Assembly (NCBI GenBank): GCA_030704615.1
Contig: CM060732.1
Location: 8,184,001 to 8,248,000, forward strand
Direction of reading: 5' to 3'
Origin: Takakia lepidozioides
Taxonomy: Eukaryota > Plantae > Bryophyta
DNA: 64,000 bases
Numbering within the stretch: position 1 is the stretch's first letter; each line of letters begins with the position of its first letter. The notes below the pieces were generated by a model. That model did no database searches. It had not been told where the DNA came from and was given only the letters and a program-made list of their open reading frames with translations. This document shows, in pieces, positions 12,701 through 25,029 of this stretch. Made by a program: the position numbers and the translations under genes.

Positions 12701-13633
12701 CTGGTGGAGTAGGGGACAAGAAGATAGGGGGTAACTATGCACCAACCTTATTGCCACAGATGCGGGCTTCTCAACGAGGCTGCTCACAGGTACTTTCTCC
12801 CAGCACAAACAGGCAGTTCCAGGGTCCTGCTGTGATCGTTTTGTTTAAACTCGACATCTCTGCTATCATCGTGAACAAGTGAACCTGTGGTGTGATTTGC
12901 AGGTGCTTTATGTACTGCAAGATGGGCTTACTGGTGGAGGTCTTGTTGGAGAATCAGGTGCAATGAACATCTTCTTCTTGTTCAAAGAGGAGGGAGAGCA
13001 CGGGGGAATGGAGCTTGTGACCGCTCCCTTGGATGGCCTTATTTTACCTGGGGTTACAAGGAACAGTGTTCTTGCACTTGCTCGTGGCTTTGGAAACCTG
13101 AAGGTTTCAGAAAGACAGTTGCGCTTTGATGAGGTACAGCTTTCAATTGGCCTGAATTTGCATCATGTATCTTCTTTTTTAGGTGTTTTTGTTGGTCAGT
13201 TGAAAGGGTGGGGGGGATTTTGGGTGAATTTGGCTGCATTGTCGCAGGTGTTACTCAGATGTCTCCACTTCAGAAGGTAGCCAAAGTATCTTCCTGTTGA
13301 AGCACCCTAACCTGTTTACACGCATGGATTTGTAATGTTTGGAACCAGATAGAAGATGCAGCAGCAAGTGGTCGGTTGGTGGAGGTCTTTGGGAGTGGGA
13401 CAGCATGCGTGATCCAACCAGTCACGGGCCTTCTGAAGGATGATGATACGGAGATTTCCATCCCGTTCGACAGTGAAGCTGCAGCTTACTGGGTAGCAAA
13501 GCTTCCTGGAAGCACTTTTATGGAGCCATCTTTGAATGAACCCTTCAGCCTTTGTGGTCGACTGACCAGGGTATTGTATGACTTGCAGTATGGGCATGTA
13601 GACAGCGATTGGTCAGTTGTTATTGATAAATAG
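9758..13633 (+). CDS. BCAT: Branched-chain amino acid aminotransferase with long N-terminal extension (likely organellar targeting); exons 9758-10111, 10609-10755, 11104-11247, 12463-12789, 12903-13133, 13349-13633 (495 aa)
   Basis: All introns GT-AG, phase 0, joining in frame. Motifs [56 protein letters not shown] (PLP lysine), [25 protein letters not shown]. Confidence 0.95.
11640..12010 (+). mobile_element. 3' fragment of a non-LTR retrotransposon (RTE-X-like zinc knuckle) in BCAT intron 3
   Basis: [18 protein letters not shown]...[19 protein letters not shown]; short related pieces at ~14525-14600 (opposite strand) and ~61595-61625. Confidence 0.65.
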
Positions 13634-14686
13634 CAGAAGAGATTAGTTCAGCGATAGCTCAATAGCTGTCCATTGCTTTGGCCAATCAATGGCTAATAAG
13701 TGTATATCTGCACATTGATTTGTGAAAGTGGAGAGAAAAGTGGGATTCCAGCAAGAACCCCAGCCTAGGAGACAAGTACAAATCAAAATAGCAACTGATT
13801 TTGCACCCTTGCAGAAAATGCACAAAGATATCCAAGGGATTGTCACGACCCCCGGTTAATCTGAGTCCTTGTTTTGATTGAACAAACATTGGCTACTTTA
13901 GAAGAGCTTGGACAATGTACATCAAATTCCTGCTGTACAGTAGCTAGTACTGAGATTATGCTCATGATAAGCATACACTCACCTATATATGACAAATACA
14001 ACTGAGTTCAAGTCCAGGAGGGGAAACTTGGCCAGTTCAACGTGTATCCTGATTTTCTCGAGCAGCACATTCCAGGCTCACATCAGAACTTGGCGAGGAT
14101 GCCCCCCTAGCAGTCATGGATTAAACTCTCTTTCTTTTCTCCTGCCTTCTTTTGTTGAATTGAGCTCTGTGGACAGCATAAAGTTGTTCTCTCTCTCTCT
14201 CTCTCCCTCAGGTGATCAACTCTATTGCTTGGAAGCGAGAAGAATGTCCAAACATAAGGAAGCTAGGAATAGAGTCTAAGGTTGACCTGAAGGGCCTACC
14301 TACCCTGGCACTAGACTGAAATTCAAACTCAGGGTGGGGAGTCTACCTTTGAGCAATAACAGATGCAGAGAGGAAAAGGAGTTGTTGATGCTCGATCTGC
14401 GGGCACCCTTAAGATAATATCCATTTCCTGTTACAATGTCCTGGGTATTCTCATCAGAGAGCAACCCTCTTCAAGAACATTATGAACTGGTCCCTGTACC
14501 ACTATTCACCAACTGTCAAAATCTCTAGGCTGAGCCCAAAGCCCTGGCCCTGTTGGGTCTAATTGCTGGAGCCGATTGATGCTTGTGTGAAGGGCTTTGT
14601 ATGCAGCACGAGTACTGATGCATCATCCAGAAGCAGGACCCGTTGTACCGTTTTTGGGAGAGAGACGAGACGAGGAGACGCTCGCC

Positions 14687-14924
14687 GTTCTTGGGAGAGT
14701 CAGCTTGGTCTTAGTAGGCCGTGTTTCAATCTCTGCCTGCACAGCTGCACCGTGGTGGTTCGATCTCACATACTAATCCAACATTACCTGACTACAGATA
14801 CAAGCAGTACACACAAGGGGTCCTTTTGGGCTGATGGTCGGTCAAATCCTCTATGGGTCATGATACAAGGTAAAGGACAATGTGGTGAGGATACCTTCTT
14901 CTTTGACCTATTTCAGCCTGTTTT
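14687..14924. repeat. Dispersed ~235 bp repeat with a diverged second copy at 60610-60844
   Basis: Collinear GTTCTTGGGAG..GTCAGCTTGGTCTTAG..CCGTGTTTCAATCTCT...ACATTACCTGACTACAG...AAGGACAATGTGGTGAGG...GACCTATTTCAGCCTG in both places. Confidence 0.8.
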
Positions 14925-15164
14925 GCTCTGTTTGGCAGCATGAAAGTATCCAAAAACAGGTAATAGAGATGAGGATAAGCTTTGGAATGAACACTTTTCC
15001 GACCCCAGTCAATGGCGAGACAATGGAGACAAAAAGGTGAATGCATGTTGGACTATACTAGAGAGAAGTAGATGCAATTTAGAATTAGAACTACTGTAAT
15101 AATTAGGGTTGGGGTTTGCTGGAAGAACTTCACGCCGTCAGTGTCAGCTGCTAGCAGCAAGTAT

Positions 15165-15600
15165 CATGATTTGTACACAGACATGGGTAGCTAAAGGACA
15201 GGGATAGAGGTCCAGGTTCATCCAAGAGGGTTTTTAAGGTTTCATCCATACTGAATGAAATTTCTGTTTATAACCATAACTGGATGATTTACAGGCAGAT
15301 ATGCATTTCAATGAATTAGGTTTATGCTCCTTTGATTTAAACCTATTGAATGCCCATTTTTCATCCTGGTCTGATACCATCCATACCGGATGGTGGATGA
15401 AATCGCGGGTGGTTTTCCTTTAAGTGTCTCTCTGCCCTAGACACAGCACGATATCGTGCGTGTTTTTTTTCTCTGGAAGAGGGCGATGGCGGACGAATGC
15501 TCGATGGCGGCTGAATGCCCGAGCAGCAAGATCCGAACGGGTGTGTTCTTGTTTTTTGAACGCGCGATGACGGCATACACTTTCATCTCCCGCGATGGCA
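15165..15600. repeat. DNA-transposon-like remnant with TTCATCC/GGATGAAA motifs; the first ~70 bp recur at ~16793-16860
   Basis: Same subterminal motif as 2698-3084; CATGATTTGT...CAGGGATAGAG...TTCATCCAAGAGGG occurs twice. Confidence 0.4.
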
Positions 15601-18049
15601 AATGACATATTGTTATGTTTGCCTACGTTTTTTCCTCATTGATGAAGCAGCGACGGTTATGGAGGTGGGGAAGCGGCCTGTATTACAAGATACAACCTGT
15701 CCTCAACTCTCCTCCCCTTGCATTCTGTTGTGCTCGTTCAAATTCAGATAATGAACACTGCAGCGTTCTACTCCACAAAAGATTGAGGTTCTTTGTGGTG
15801 TCGCATCTATGCTTTCTTCTGCTGGTTCTGTGATCTTTGCATGCTTTATGGCTCATACCTGACATGGATAGCAACTGTGAAATCCTGTAATTCACCTCGT
15901 GTATCCTCACTAACGCACAAAACATTTTTTGTGTTTGTTTTTGGGACGGGCGCAGGTGAGGGATTTCACTTGGCATGAACTCTTTGGCTTGCAGATGATC
16001 TGGTTACTGCAGGAGGGATAAGATATGCTGCAAGCTGCTGTTGTTGCAATTTTCTGCTTCAAAGCTGCTTCAAGGGGGATATGCCTTAAACCTTTACTTT
16101 GATTTCTGGTTCTTGGTAACCAAATCTGTTAAGTCAGGGAAGTAAATGGGCTGGGCCTCCTAGAAATCAGACCTTATTGTGAAGGTTCGGGCTGGTTGTG
16201 ATGACAAGGGTTTGGTGATGCAAGTGTGACATTAGATGCATTTTTCCAGACCTGTTTTCTGGCCTTTTGGAGAGTCAGACAGTGTTGTTTATGCCTCACC
16301 AGTTTAGAATGTATTAAGTAAGGCATTGGGTAAGCATTTTTAAGAACACATACATTCTTTCAGGCTCCCCCATGGAGATTATAACCTGATTACAGACTGG
16401 TATTTTTGAGGATCTCTCTAAAACTTGGCAGAGTGACTGGATAAGGCCCTGGGATACATACCATAGCCCTGCATCTACTTATGGAAGTACAATCACTTCA
16501 GCTTGTGCTTTTAGGAACATACAAGTCCTTTAAAGCTTTAATAGGGAATTGTTTTCATCAAAGCTCTCACTCTTAGGCCTGCAGGAATGGTTTTCTCAAA
16601 GACCTGTTGAGCTTACAACATATTTGTTTAAGCTATTTGAACCCAAGAATTACCAAGCCAGTATTTTTAAAGGGCTTTTTTGATTACGAACTATATTCTT
16701 AAGCTCCCCTCAGAGATTGGGAATGTGACATGGTAATGACTCTCTCTCTCTCTCTCCTCCTCTGATACATGATACATATATACATGATTTGTGCAGAGGC
16801 ATGGATAGCTGAAGGAGCAGGGATAGAGTGCATGGGTCCAGATTCATCCAAGAGGGCCGGATTTCAATCTCCAGATTACATATGATTCGCTGTGGAAGGA
16901 TAGCTACAAGAAACCTGCATGGACAGATGATCAATTGGGTGGTCTTGAGCTGAAGAGCACGACCCCTGCAGGGATGTGTCTCCATCTGTAGATCTTTTAG
17001 GAAGTGGAAGGCTAGGCCTAGGGCCCAGCTTTCTTATGACATTGTTAGCTGATTTTCAGTTCTTCTCCTTAACGAGGTGCCTCTCTGTTTCCAAGTTATG
17101 GCAGTAGTTTCTGGCTGCAGTCTCTTTTCCTACTAAACTCTTTAGCTCTATGCAGACCCCCTTCTTTGCTTGCCTTCCTTCTTACTACTCTTTCTTGTCT
17201 TGGTACGCGAAGCTGTGTCTTCCTCTTTCAGCCTCTATGGCACTCTATCCAGAGGTTATTTTTCCTCTTTGTATCCAATAACATTTTATGTCCATTACCT
17301 ATAAAGTTCTAGAGGCCACTGTCCCCACTGTCCCTCTTTGTTAACAAAAATAAAAATAATAAAAAAAGACAACAATGGCTTCCATTCTATTTTCCTAGAT
17401 ACCTAATGAGAATTTAAATCAATTAATAATCTAAATATTATGTATGATTTAATTTATTAAATTAAAATATTATTAAAAAACCTCTTTAGTCATGAAGTTA
17501 TATATTCATGACTACATCATGGCAACGTGGCATTATATGATACGATATTCTTTCCCACGTTTGGGTTATATATGTTGTCCATGTGGACACATGTGACATC
17601 CGGAGTGCTACATATGTCTCTCTTACGCCTCTCCAATGGAGTTATACTATAGACATGTTAGTCATATATAAATCATATAGTTGTGACTACATCCTCTTGA
17701 CAGCATGACTCCAAGTGCCACGCACGCAGTCACGGCTACGACTTGCAAAACGCAGTCTTAAAGACTAGTCGCTATGACAAGGCTTTTTTCACTGCAGAGT
17801 GATATAGTCATGAACGCATATAGGATTGAAAAAATAGTCATATGTGCAGTCATAAAAACGCTCATCTGTTGTTGTAGAGCTTGCATGATGCAGTGCAGGC
17901 CGGGCTGCAGCATCACAACCGACAGAATGGAAGTGTTACAAGTATTTGTCCAGTGCTTTAACAATGATTCAAGAATGGTCCTCAATTTGGTGTTGACATA
18001 CTTTCCGGCTATCTGGAGGAGACCTGAATTTCAACAAATATGATCTCTC

Positions 18050-20150
18050 AAAGTTCTCAGCTGCTTCGATACCTTTAGACGCACAAATATTTGAAATGCT
18101 TCAGACCGTCCCTCGATCGACCTGGAGTTACTGCATAACATTCAGGATAATCTCCAGCATAACATCAAACTCAAACTTGGGGACTGATGTTACCATCTTG
18201 AATTCGTGAATCTGAATAGTCAAGTGTTCCGAACTTGCCTGTGGATTGTAGATACCAACGGAGGTAGACAGTATGTCCTGCATGAAACTAATTTCTTGAA
18301 CATGTCTATTGTGACATTATGAGATTCACCTTGCACGCCCTTGCAATGATCGACGAAACTTGTGTCCAACCGCCTTCCTAGTAGCTTCCCAGTAGCAACC
18401 TGATCTGTAAACAGAAAAGATTCCCCAAGACTTCAATATTCAATCAAATATGAGTTTCACATGCCTGACAAGCAGTTGTTGTCGTGAGAAGCTATAGGCA
18501 AAATGGGAAGAATTATGGTTGATGATTGGGCGAACACAAGGGGGGGCCATCTTCACCACGAAGCTCGCATGGAATCGATGGTCGGGCGCCTCAGTTTCAT
18601 AGACGTCCGCGACAAAGTGAGCGCTCTTTTCTTTGCACCTGCACAGTGGATTTTAAACACTTTTATGTACAGTTCTCCTCTTGACTCTCAAGGCCATCTC
18701 AGAGTTGCTTCTAGGATTTGGTTCAGCATATCTCTAGATGAGATGAGGATCACTTGCCTGAAAATGTCTGTTATATGCTGGTGCGCACACTCACCCGTAA
18801 CATACAATATTGAATTGAATCTGGAGCTGGCCGGCACACAAGATCTTTGTAGGCAAAATTTTCATTGAACCTTAACTGGCCCTTCGAGTTGAATCATGTT
18901 TCAGCTTTGGATTAGTACTCGAGGGCCTGTGAACTACTGTACGCAGTGAAGCTCTTGACACCATTTTGTTTCCTGTTTCCACATCCGCACTGTACATAAA
19001 TCAAATGTTACTGCATATGCAATGAAAGAAATTTAAGGATCACATACGAACCGGGATCTTAACGTGCACGTACGAAATTCCATATCCAGTGGACCAGTCA
19101 TGCATTGAGATTTTCACGGCTTCCTTTTGCAGGAGTTGCCCTATTTGGGAAAGTTGACTGCACGCGCGAATGTGAGGCCTTGTAAGGGAGCTGATTGTAC
19201 CTTTCTTGAGCAATCTGTGAGCCAAAAGGGGGAAGGAAAAATGCTTTTGGCTGCTCTAACAGGCGTCCACAGTGTGAAAAAATTAGTTCTTAACACTGGA
19301 TTGGACTCATCCAGGGAGATTGGCCGACAGATTTTGAAGCCAGCTAACCACAATACTATTAACTTAGGTCCTGAGGTCATGCTCAAGCAGTTGAGAATTG
19401 GTCCCCAAGGAATTGCGGCAGATAAGCCAGAGAGGAATTTGATACATGATGAGTCCCAATCAATCCAGCAGCAATCTCAAAAAGGTCCAGCAGCTGGCCA
19501 GCCACTATATCCTTGTTTTGGAACGTTTTTTGGAAAGAGAGGGGGGCATTGACACACTTGTGGACCAGATATATACTTACAAGTACATTGTATCTATAGA
19601 TATATCCTCTTGAATCATGTACATCTCGAGAGGTATCGATCTAGCAAGCTTGCAGGTTATTTGGATCCCTGTGACGATCAGCTGTGTGTAAGTTGATCAA
19701 TTGAACTCTACTTGAAATTATGACCAGTTACATGTTAGTTGCCGGATGGCCTAATGGCAGCGGTATGCCGATCCATAAACTGTTTCTGCAAGGGGCGATC
19801 AGAAATTTGTCAGAGCTTGTCAATGTACATCCTGACCCATTGTGACATGGATTTAAATCGGGAAAAACATATTGAGTGGAGCCATTGATCTCATCTGTCC
19901 TTCGACCGTTACAGATCTAGACGTAGTCGATCTTCTTTGACTAAAAATACTCAACAGGTAGTTGGTTAGGTAGAACTACTCTCGGTATATATACCTGGTA
20001 TACCTGCTCTGCTCATGTGTGTATTCCATCTTCTGAACATACAAGAAATTCTCATTTTCAAGAGGCTCCAACTCCAAATCTGCCTAGTGGTACTGTTTTC
20101 ATGGTGGTTTCCAAACCTTAGTACTTAGGGGTTAAGCAGATCGAGAGGTA
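18050..20150 (-). pseudogene. Heavily decayed superfamily-1 (UvrD-like) helicase remnant
   Basis: Motif-like strings in correct order, each needing 1-2 nt repairs: GxGKTT (~20110), VRMYID(K/E) (~19825), LIVTGDP (~19670), VSTIH..K.SE (~18240), LNV.AVT.RS (~18130). Confidence 0.4.
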
Positions 20151-21926
20151 AACTTGTCAAAAAGGGTTGGCAATTTGAAAAGCAAAAATCATGGAACTTA
20201 GAGTGCAAGACCGTTGGACTCATGGTTGTGACTTGAGGTTACGTTTACCCATAATGAAGGTCAGGTATAATGGGCTGAAGCAACTGGTATGATCGAGGCT
20301 TCAATCGACTGCCCTCTGAGGTGCTTGCGATGTTGTGATCTAATGGATCTAGTGCATGCAATCGAACAACCATTACGTCTTAACATAATTTATCTCACGT
20401 TTCCCTCGTCTGTTCACGGGCCGAAGGTTCCTTAATCTTCATAATGTTCATGTAAACTGTTTCTAGTAACTGTTACATGTATGGGTTGATCTTAGCACGC
20501 CTAGAACTACTACCCATTTCCAATAGAACCAAAATCTGATTTCACTGTGTGGATCTTCCTTTCCAATGTGCTCAACATGTGCATGAATGAAGTTCTAAAC
20601 TGTAAGCTGAATGTTTAATACGTGTGTAGAACTAGTAGTTTTATAGATCATAATCCGTTGGAGACCAAATAAATATCACTGACTAGTAGATCTTTCAGTG
20701 AGCCTTGGAAAAGAAACTAGGAATCGAATATTATAGCTGAGACAGGACGTCCGGAAAGATGTATCTAGAGCAACCATCAACCGTGAGGCGAAGATACTAA
20801 CCTGCAAACCCAGGTCTACACTTTACCCTTTATTCTGTTTAATAACTGGTGTACTTGAATACGTTGAATCCGGCAACTGCATTGCTTCCTCATTAAATGG
20901 AAATATGTTCACGAGCTAGTGCACACAGAAACAAATGTAGACCATGACCGTGAGCGTAAGTTGTGAGACTGTTCCCCTCTGTTTCCTGTGGTATGACCAG
21001 AGCTTGACCCATGGATGGGCTTGCTTCTCTCTTACGTCTCGTTACAGCGTCTGCTGTCTCAACTCCATCATGTACAGTTTACTTCAGCTTGCGTGTGTAG
21101 GGAGCGCCAGAGGGAACAGGATACTCTGCACAGGGCGCAGAAACCACCCATGGATGATCTCGGAATGTCATATTGGGCGTCAGAAAATGAATTTGCAGAA
21201 CATTTCAAGGAGCTACTTAAACATCATAGTCGTTGCACAAATCGAGCCCAAATCAGCGTGTATATATGTGCGGCTGCTCAAGAAGGTTAACTTTGTATTA
21301 TATCACGTGAGCTGCCATCAGATCAATGTGAGCTGAGAGACATTCGTGAGCTCCAAAAGTCTAAAACAACATTCTTCAAAAAGTTACATCAAGATTACAT
21401 AAAATCTAGGACAACGCAACTCGGGACGATCCATGGTGGTGCCCGGTGTAAAATTCGATTGCGACGCGCCCAACCATCAAAGCATTTCCATATTTCCGGT
21501 ACAATCTCTCACATGCAGCGGCAACCCATCTCGTACAATTTGTTGTACCTACTCAGCTCACCAGCCATGGTGTCCAGAGTGAAGAGATGACTGCCTGCTT
21601 TCCAATGGCAGTTGCAACCGCCATGGATATGGCGTATACAGCTAGGTGTTGTGGCAATATGTTTTTGTCCGGGCTTTTTTACACAGTTTCACGTGTCACA
21701 CCCCTAAGCCTGCTCCCTATTAGCTTGTGAGTGAGAATCCACTAGTAGGTGTGGAGGGAAATTCCTCAGAAGGTAGTCCCAGAAAAATGTCAACTCTCTA
21801 TCAGCTTATATGTATAAATCTATTGATAGTTGTCGTAAGACAACCATCAAACCATGCTCCACTGGAAATAGACATTATGTCTTCTCGGCTTCAAATGTAT
21901 ATACATTTCACGATGGTGGGTACAGT

Positions 21927-22972
21927 TAGGGAATTCCAAAAAGGCCTTGATGTGAAATTCACTTGATCACCCCCTAAAAGTGCGCAATTCAATTGAACTA
22001 ACCCTAATTTGCAATTCAATTGAATTGTCGGCACATGATTCAATTGAATTGCGAATTGGCAATTCAATTGAATTGTAATCTATAATTTTTAACTTATTTC
22101 TGTATATTATATATATATATAAATTATACATATATGCATACAGAGGTATAAGCTAAAAATACATGTTGCCCGTCTATTCTTGTTGTCTCTCTGTCAATCT
22201 TTGCCCGTGGTAAGGCTTGAGCCCAAGATAAGCCTAAGGGAGAGCGAGAGAGGGAGAGAGAGAGAGAGGAAGTCACGAAGCGCTTGTAAAAGCGGGATTG
22301 TCTCTCTTTGTGGATGTTGGTGCCAATATATGGCTATCTACATATACCAAACATGATACCAATGTAAGAGTTTGATATATTAAACTTATATAGAACACAC
22401 ATCCCAACTTCAACATGATACCTTTGTAAGGGTATCGAAATTTTTGATAATTCTCAAGATGAACATATTTTTTGTTTTCTTTGTCCTGGGCCAGATACTA
22501 GTGTTAGGGGACTACATGGTGATGCAGGGGAAGCCTTTCATCAATTGTCAGGTTTGATTTTGTCTGTTTTTTTCGGAGCCAGCCATGTTTCTTTTGCCAG
22601 TGAATCACAAGAAGCTGCTGATCTGTCTCCGTTTCTGGCTCTCCCTTTCTCGCTGAGGCTGAGGGTGGCTTCACAACTCCACAATTTCCTCAAGGGCACA
22701 AGAAAGAGGGCCAGCAAGAATAGACGGGCAACATGTATTTTTAGCTTATACTCTTATATGTGTATAAATATAATTTGAATATATATATGTACATATATAT
22801 TATATATTATATACAAAAATAAGTTAAAAATTATAGATTACAATTCAATTGAATTGCCAATTCGCAACTCAATTGAATCGTGTGCCGACAATTCAATTGA
22901 ATTGCGCATTTTTAAGGGGTGATCAAGTGAATTGCGATGCATTTCACATCAAGGCTTTTTTGGAATTCCCTA
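21927..22972. mobile_element. Foldback/MITE-type non-autonomous DNA transposon with ~260-300 bp terminal inverted repeats
   Basis: TAGGGAATTCCAAAAAGGCCTTGATGTGAAAT... mirrored by ...ATTTCACATCAAGGCTTTTTTGGAATTCCCTA; arms carry repeated CAATTCAATTGAATTG palindromes; TACAGT lies directly on both flanks. Confidence 0.88.
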
Positions 22973-23214
22973 TACAGTTGCTATTTGCTTATGGCATTAT
23001 GATGTGTAACTAGTGTATGGTGTTGTGAATCATGTGTGCACTGTGTGCGGCGTGCATAGGGACACTCTGTATACTTAACGAGTTTTAGATCAATATTGTA
23101 GCTGCATACAAATAGACAATACTACTCATCCCGGATCCAGCACACGATCTATAAACAGAGTTTTGACTGCAAACGAAAGTTTCTTGGCTACAGTCAGTAC
23201 CAGTGTTGGGCGGG

Positions 23215-24190
23215 TATTATTATTATTATTATTATTATTATTTTAAAGAAATATTGCATTTATTCCAAAATTATGGGGAAAAAAATAAAACCCCTTTTTG
23301 CACCATGAGGGCTACACACTGTAGTCAGTGAAGGGTGATCAAATATCTGCTGCTAAAGTGCAGCAGTGTGCACATAGAAAGAGGACCTCTCGAAACAGCT
23401 TAGCTCTATCCGAGAGACTTCCAAAAAATGTCTAAGCCTGCAGCTGAGATTACCGAGGAGCTAATCTACAACTACGCCTTAACGGAAATTTAGCTTGGAA
23501 GTAGTGGCGGGGTGCTTGACGTGTTTCCAGTTCACATCTCTCTCAAATTTCGGCGAGGCCGTGGAGTGGAGCTATGAGGTCTCTCCAACGCTAAGGGGGG
23601 AGAGCATTCCAAACACAATGTTCCTGCTCGTCGCTTTGATGCCATCGCAGGCCCACGTCGCTCTGAATGTTGCATGGATTGCTGGCGGCCTGGGGATCCT
23701 GTGACAATCTGCAACACATTTTGCCCAAGCTTTTTTCGACTCCGTTAAAAGGTCTTTGTACACCATTGCCAACAAAGCGGAGGTACTGATTGTCTCCTTG
23801 CTAAAGGTCTTTTTACATCTAGCACGCCATAAGTGTCATAACGTAGATGCGCGAAGAGTCTCGAAGACCGGACGTGGAAAGGATCGGGCCCTGGCTGTTT
23901 TGTTGTAATTAAGTAGCAGATCCAGAGGGCCAATGGCCAAGAGGCTCCAATGTCTGTAGAAGACCTTGATGAAGGGCCAGATTTTGGCTGGAGCTATAAA
24001 GGCAGAGCCATCGCCACAGCAAAGGTCTCTGCAAAAAGCTTTACCTTGGGCTGCAGCTTTGAACTTTTTGGCAATATGAGAAGCACCCAAGAGGTTTTTG
24101 AGAGCATTGCTGCTTCTTCACGAAAAAGGTGTGCTTTGGCTGGATATTAGACTCATTCCTAGTTTTGATGTCGCCTCAGTGTTGGCAAAA
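23215..24190 (-). mobile_element. 3' end of an L1-like LINE with (TAA)n tail
   Basis: CGDGSAFIAPAKIWPF...HWSLL resembles CQAPTKIWPFANQFYSHW of the 3790-7745 LINE; shared 3' UTR string GGGGAAAAAAA.TAAAACCC; (TTA)n on + at 23215-23242. Confidence 0.7.
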
Positions 24191-24309
24191 TTTGATTGAT
24201 GATGGACATCAGATGTAATGAATGGGAATTATTCCAGAGCATGTGCCCTCCCCTCTTAAACTATTTCTGAAGACGTTACAGATCATTCCATTGAAGTTTG
24301 TGTACTGAC

Positions 24310-25020
24310 CAGTGTTGCACTGGTAATATAGGGTCTGGCCGGGTATCAACTAGGGTATTGAATAACCGACCCGGCTGGTATTGGCAATTCCCAATTCCAA
24401 TACTATGGTTGATAACCGGAGCGGCTGGTACTGCCAAGACAATACCCGGGTCGGACCCGAATTATGGGCAAAAACAAGGACTATACCATTGTATGAATAG
24501 GAAATTGGGCGGGAGCACATGATGGGGTGAGGGTAAGAGGGTGCACATGTGAGGGAGGGCATGTCCAGTCCCAAGAGCCTGCCACTATTATTCATTTCTT
24601 AGCACATGTAGGGCGGGCCCGCCCTTATTCTTTTTTATTGTGTAGTGCAAAGTCTGAATTTTGCAACATAATAATTAATTTTCCCTCAATAATTTATAGT
24701 AAATATATACCAGGGCCTCTATCCCCTGTTAACTAAAATAATATAATAATAATAAAATTAAAGACATTCAATTAAAGATATACTAATTATTTAATGGTTA
24801 TTTTAATTTTAATTATCTATAACCGGCTGGTATTAGATTGGAATACCCACCCTATTGATACCCGTCTGCATATCAAAAATCATACTACTATTGAGAACCA
24901 GCTGGTATTAAAATTAAGAGAATCTTCCAATACTATGGAACCAGCTGGTATTGAAATTTAATTTTCTTTCAATACCCGGACCCGGCTGGTAATAGAAAAA
25001 GTCATATCAACCCCGAAACT
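24310..25020. mobile_element. hAT-like MITE remnant
   Basis: Begins CAGTGTT; about six copies of CC(G/A)GCTGGTA(T) clustered in both halves around an AT-rich core; right TIR not seen. Confidence 0.55.
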
Positions 25021-25029
25021 CTAGTTCTG

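Noticed and set aside
14687-14924. DYW deaminase domain fragment, suspected because the second copy sits beside PPR remnants
   Set aside because: No HSE(K/R)LA, CxDCH or DYW motif in the frames examined.
15950-16700. Possible small spliced exons
   Set aside because: AG/GT-bounded stretches exist but do not join into a recognisable in-frame protein.
22239-22270. (GA)n microsatellite, and similar tracts at ~3155-3180, ~14188-14205 and ~16740-16756
   Set aside because: Ordinary simple repeats with no further structure.
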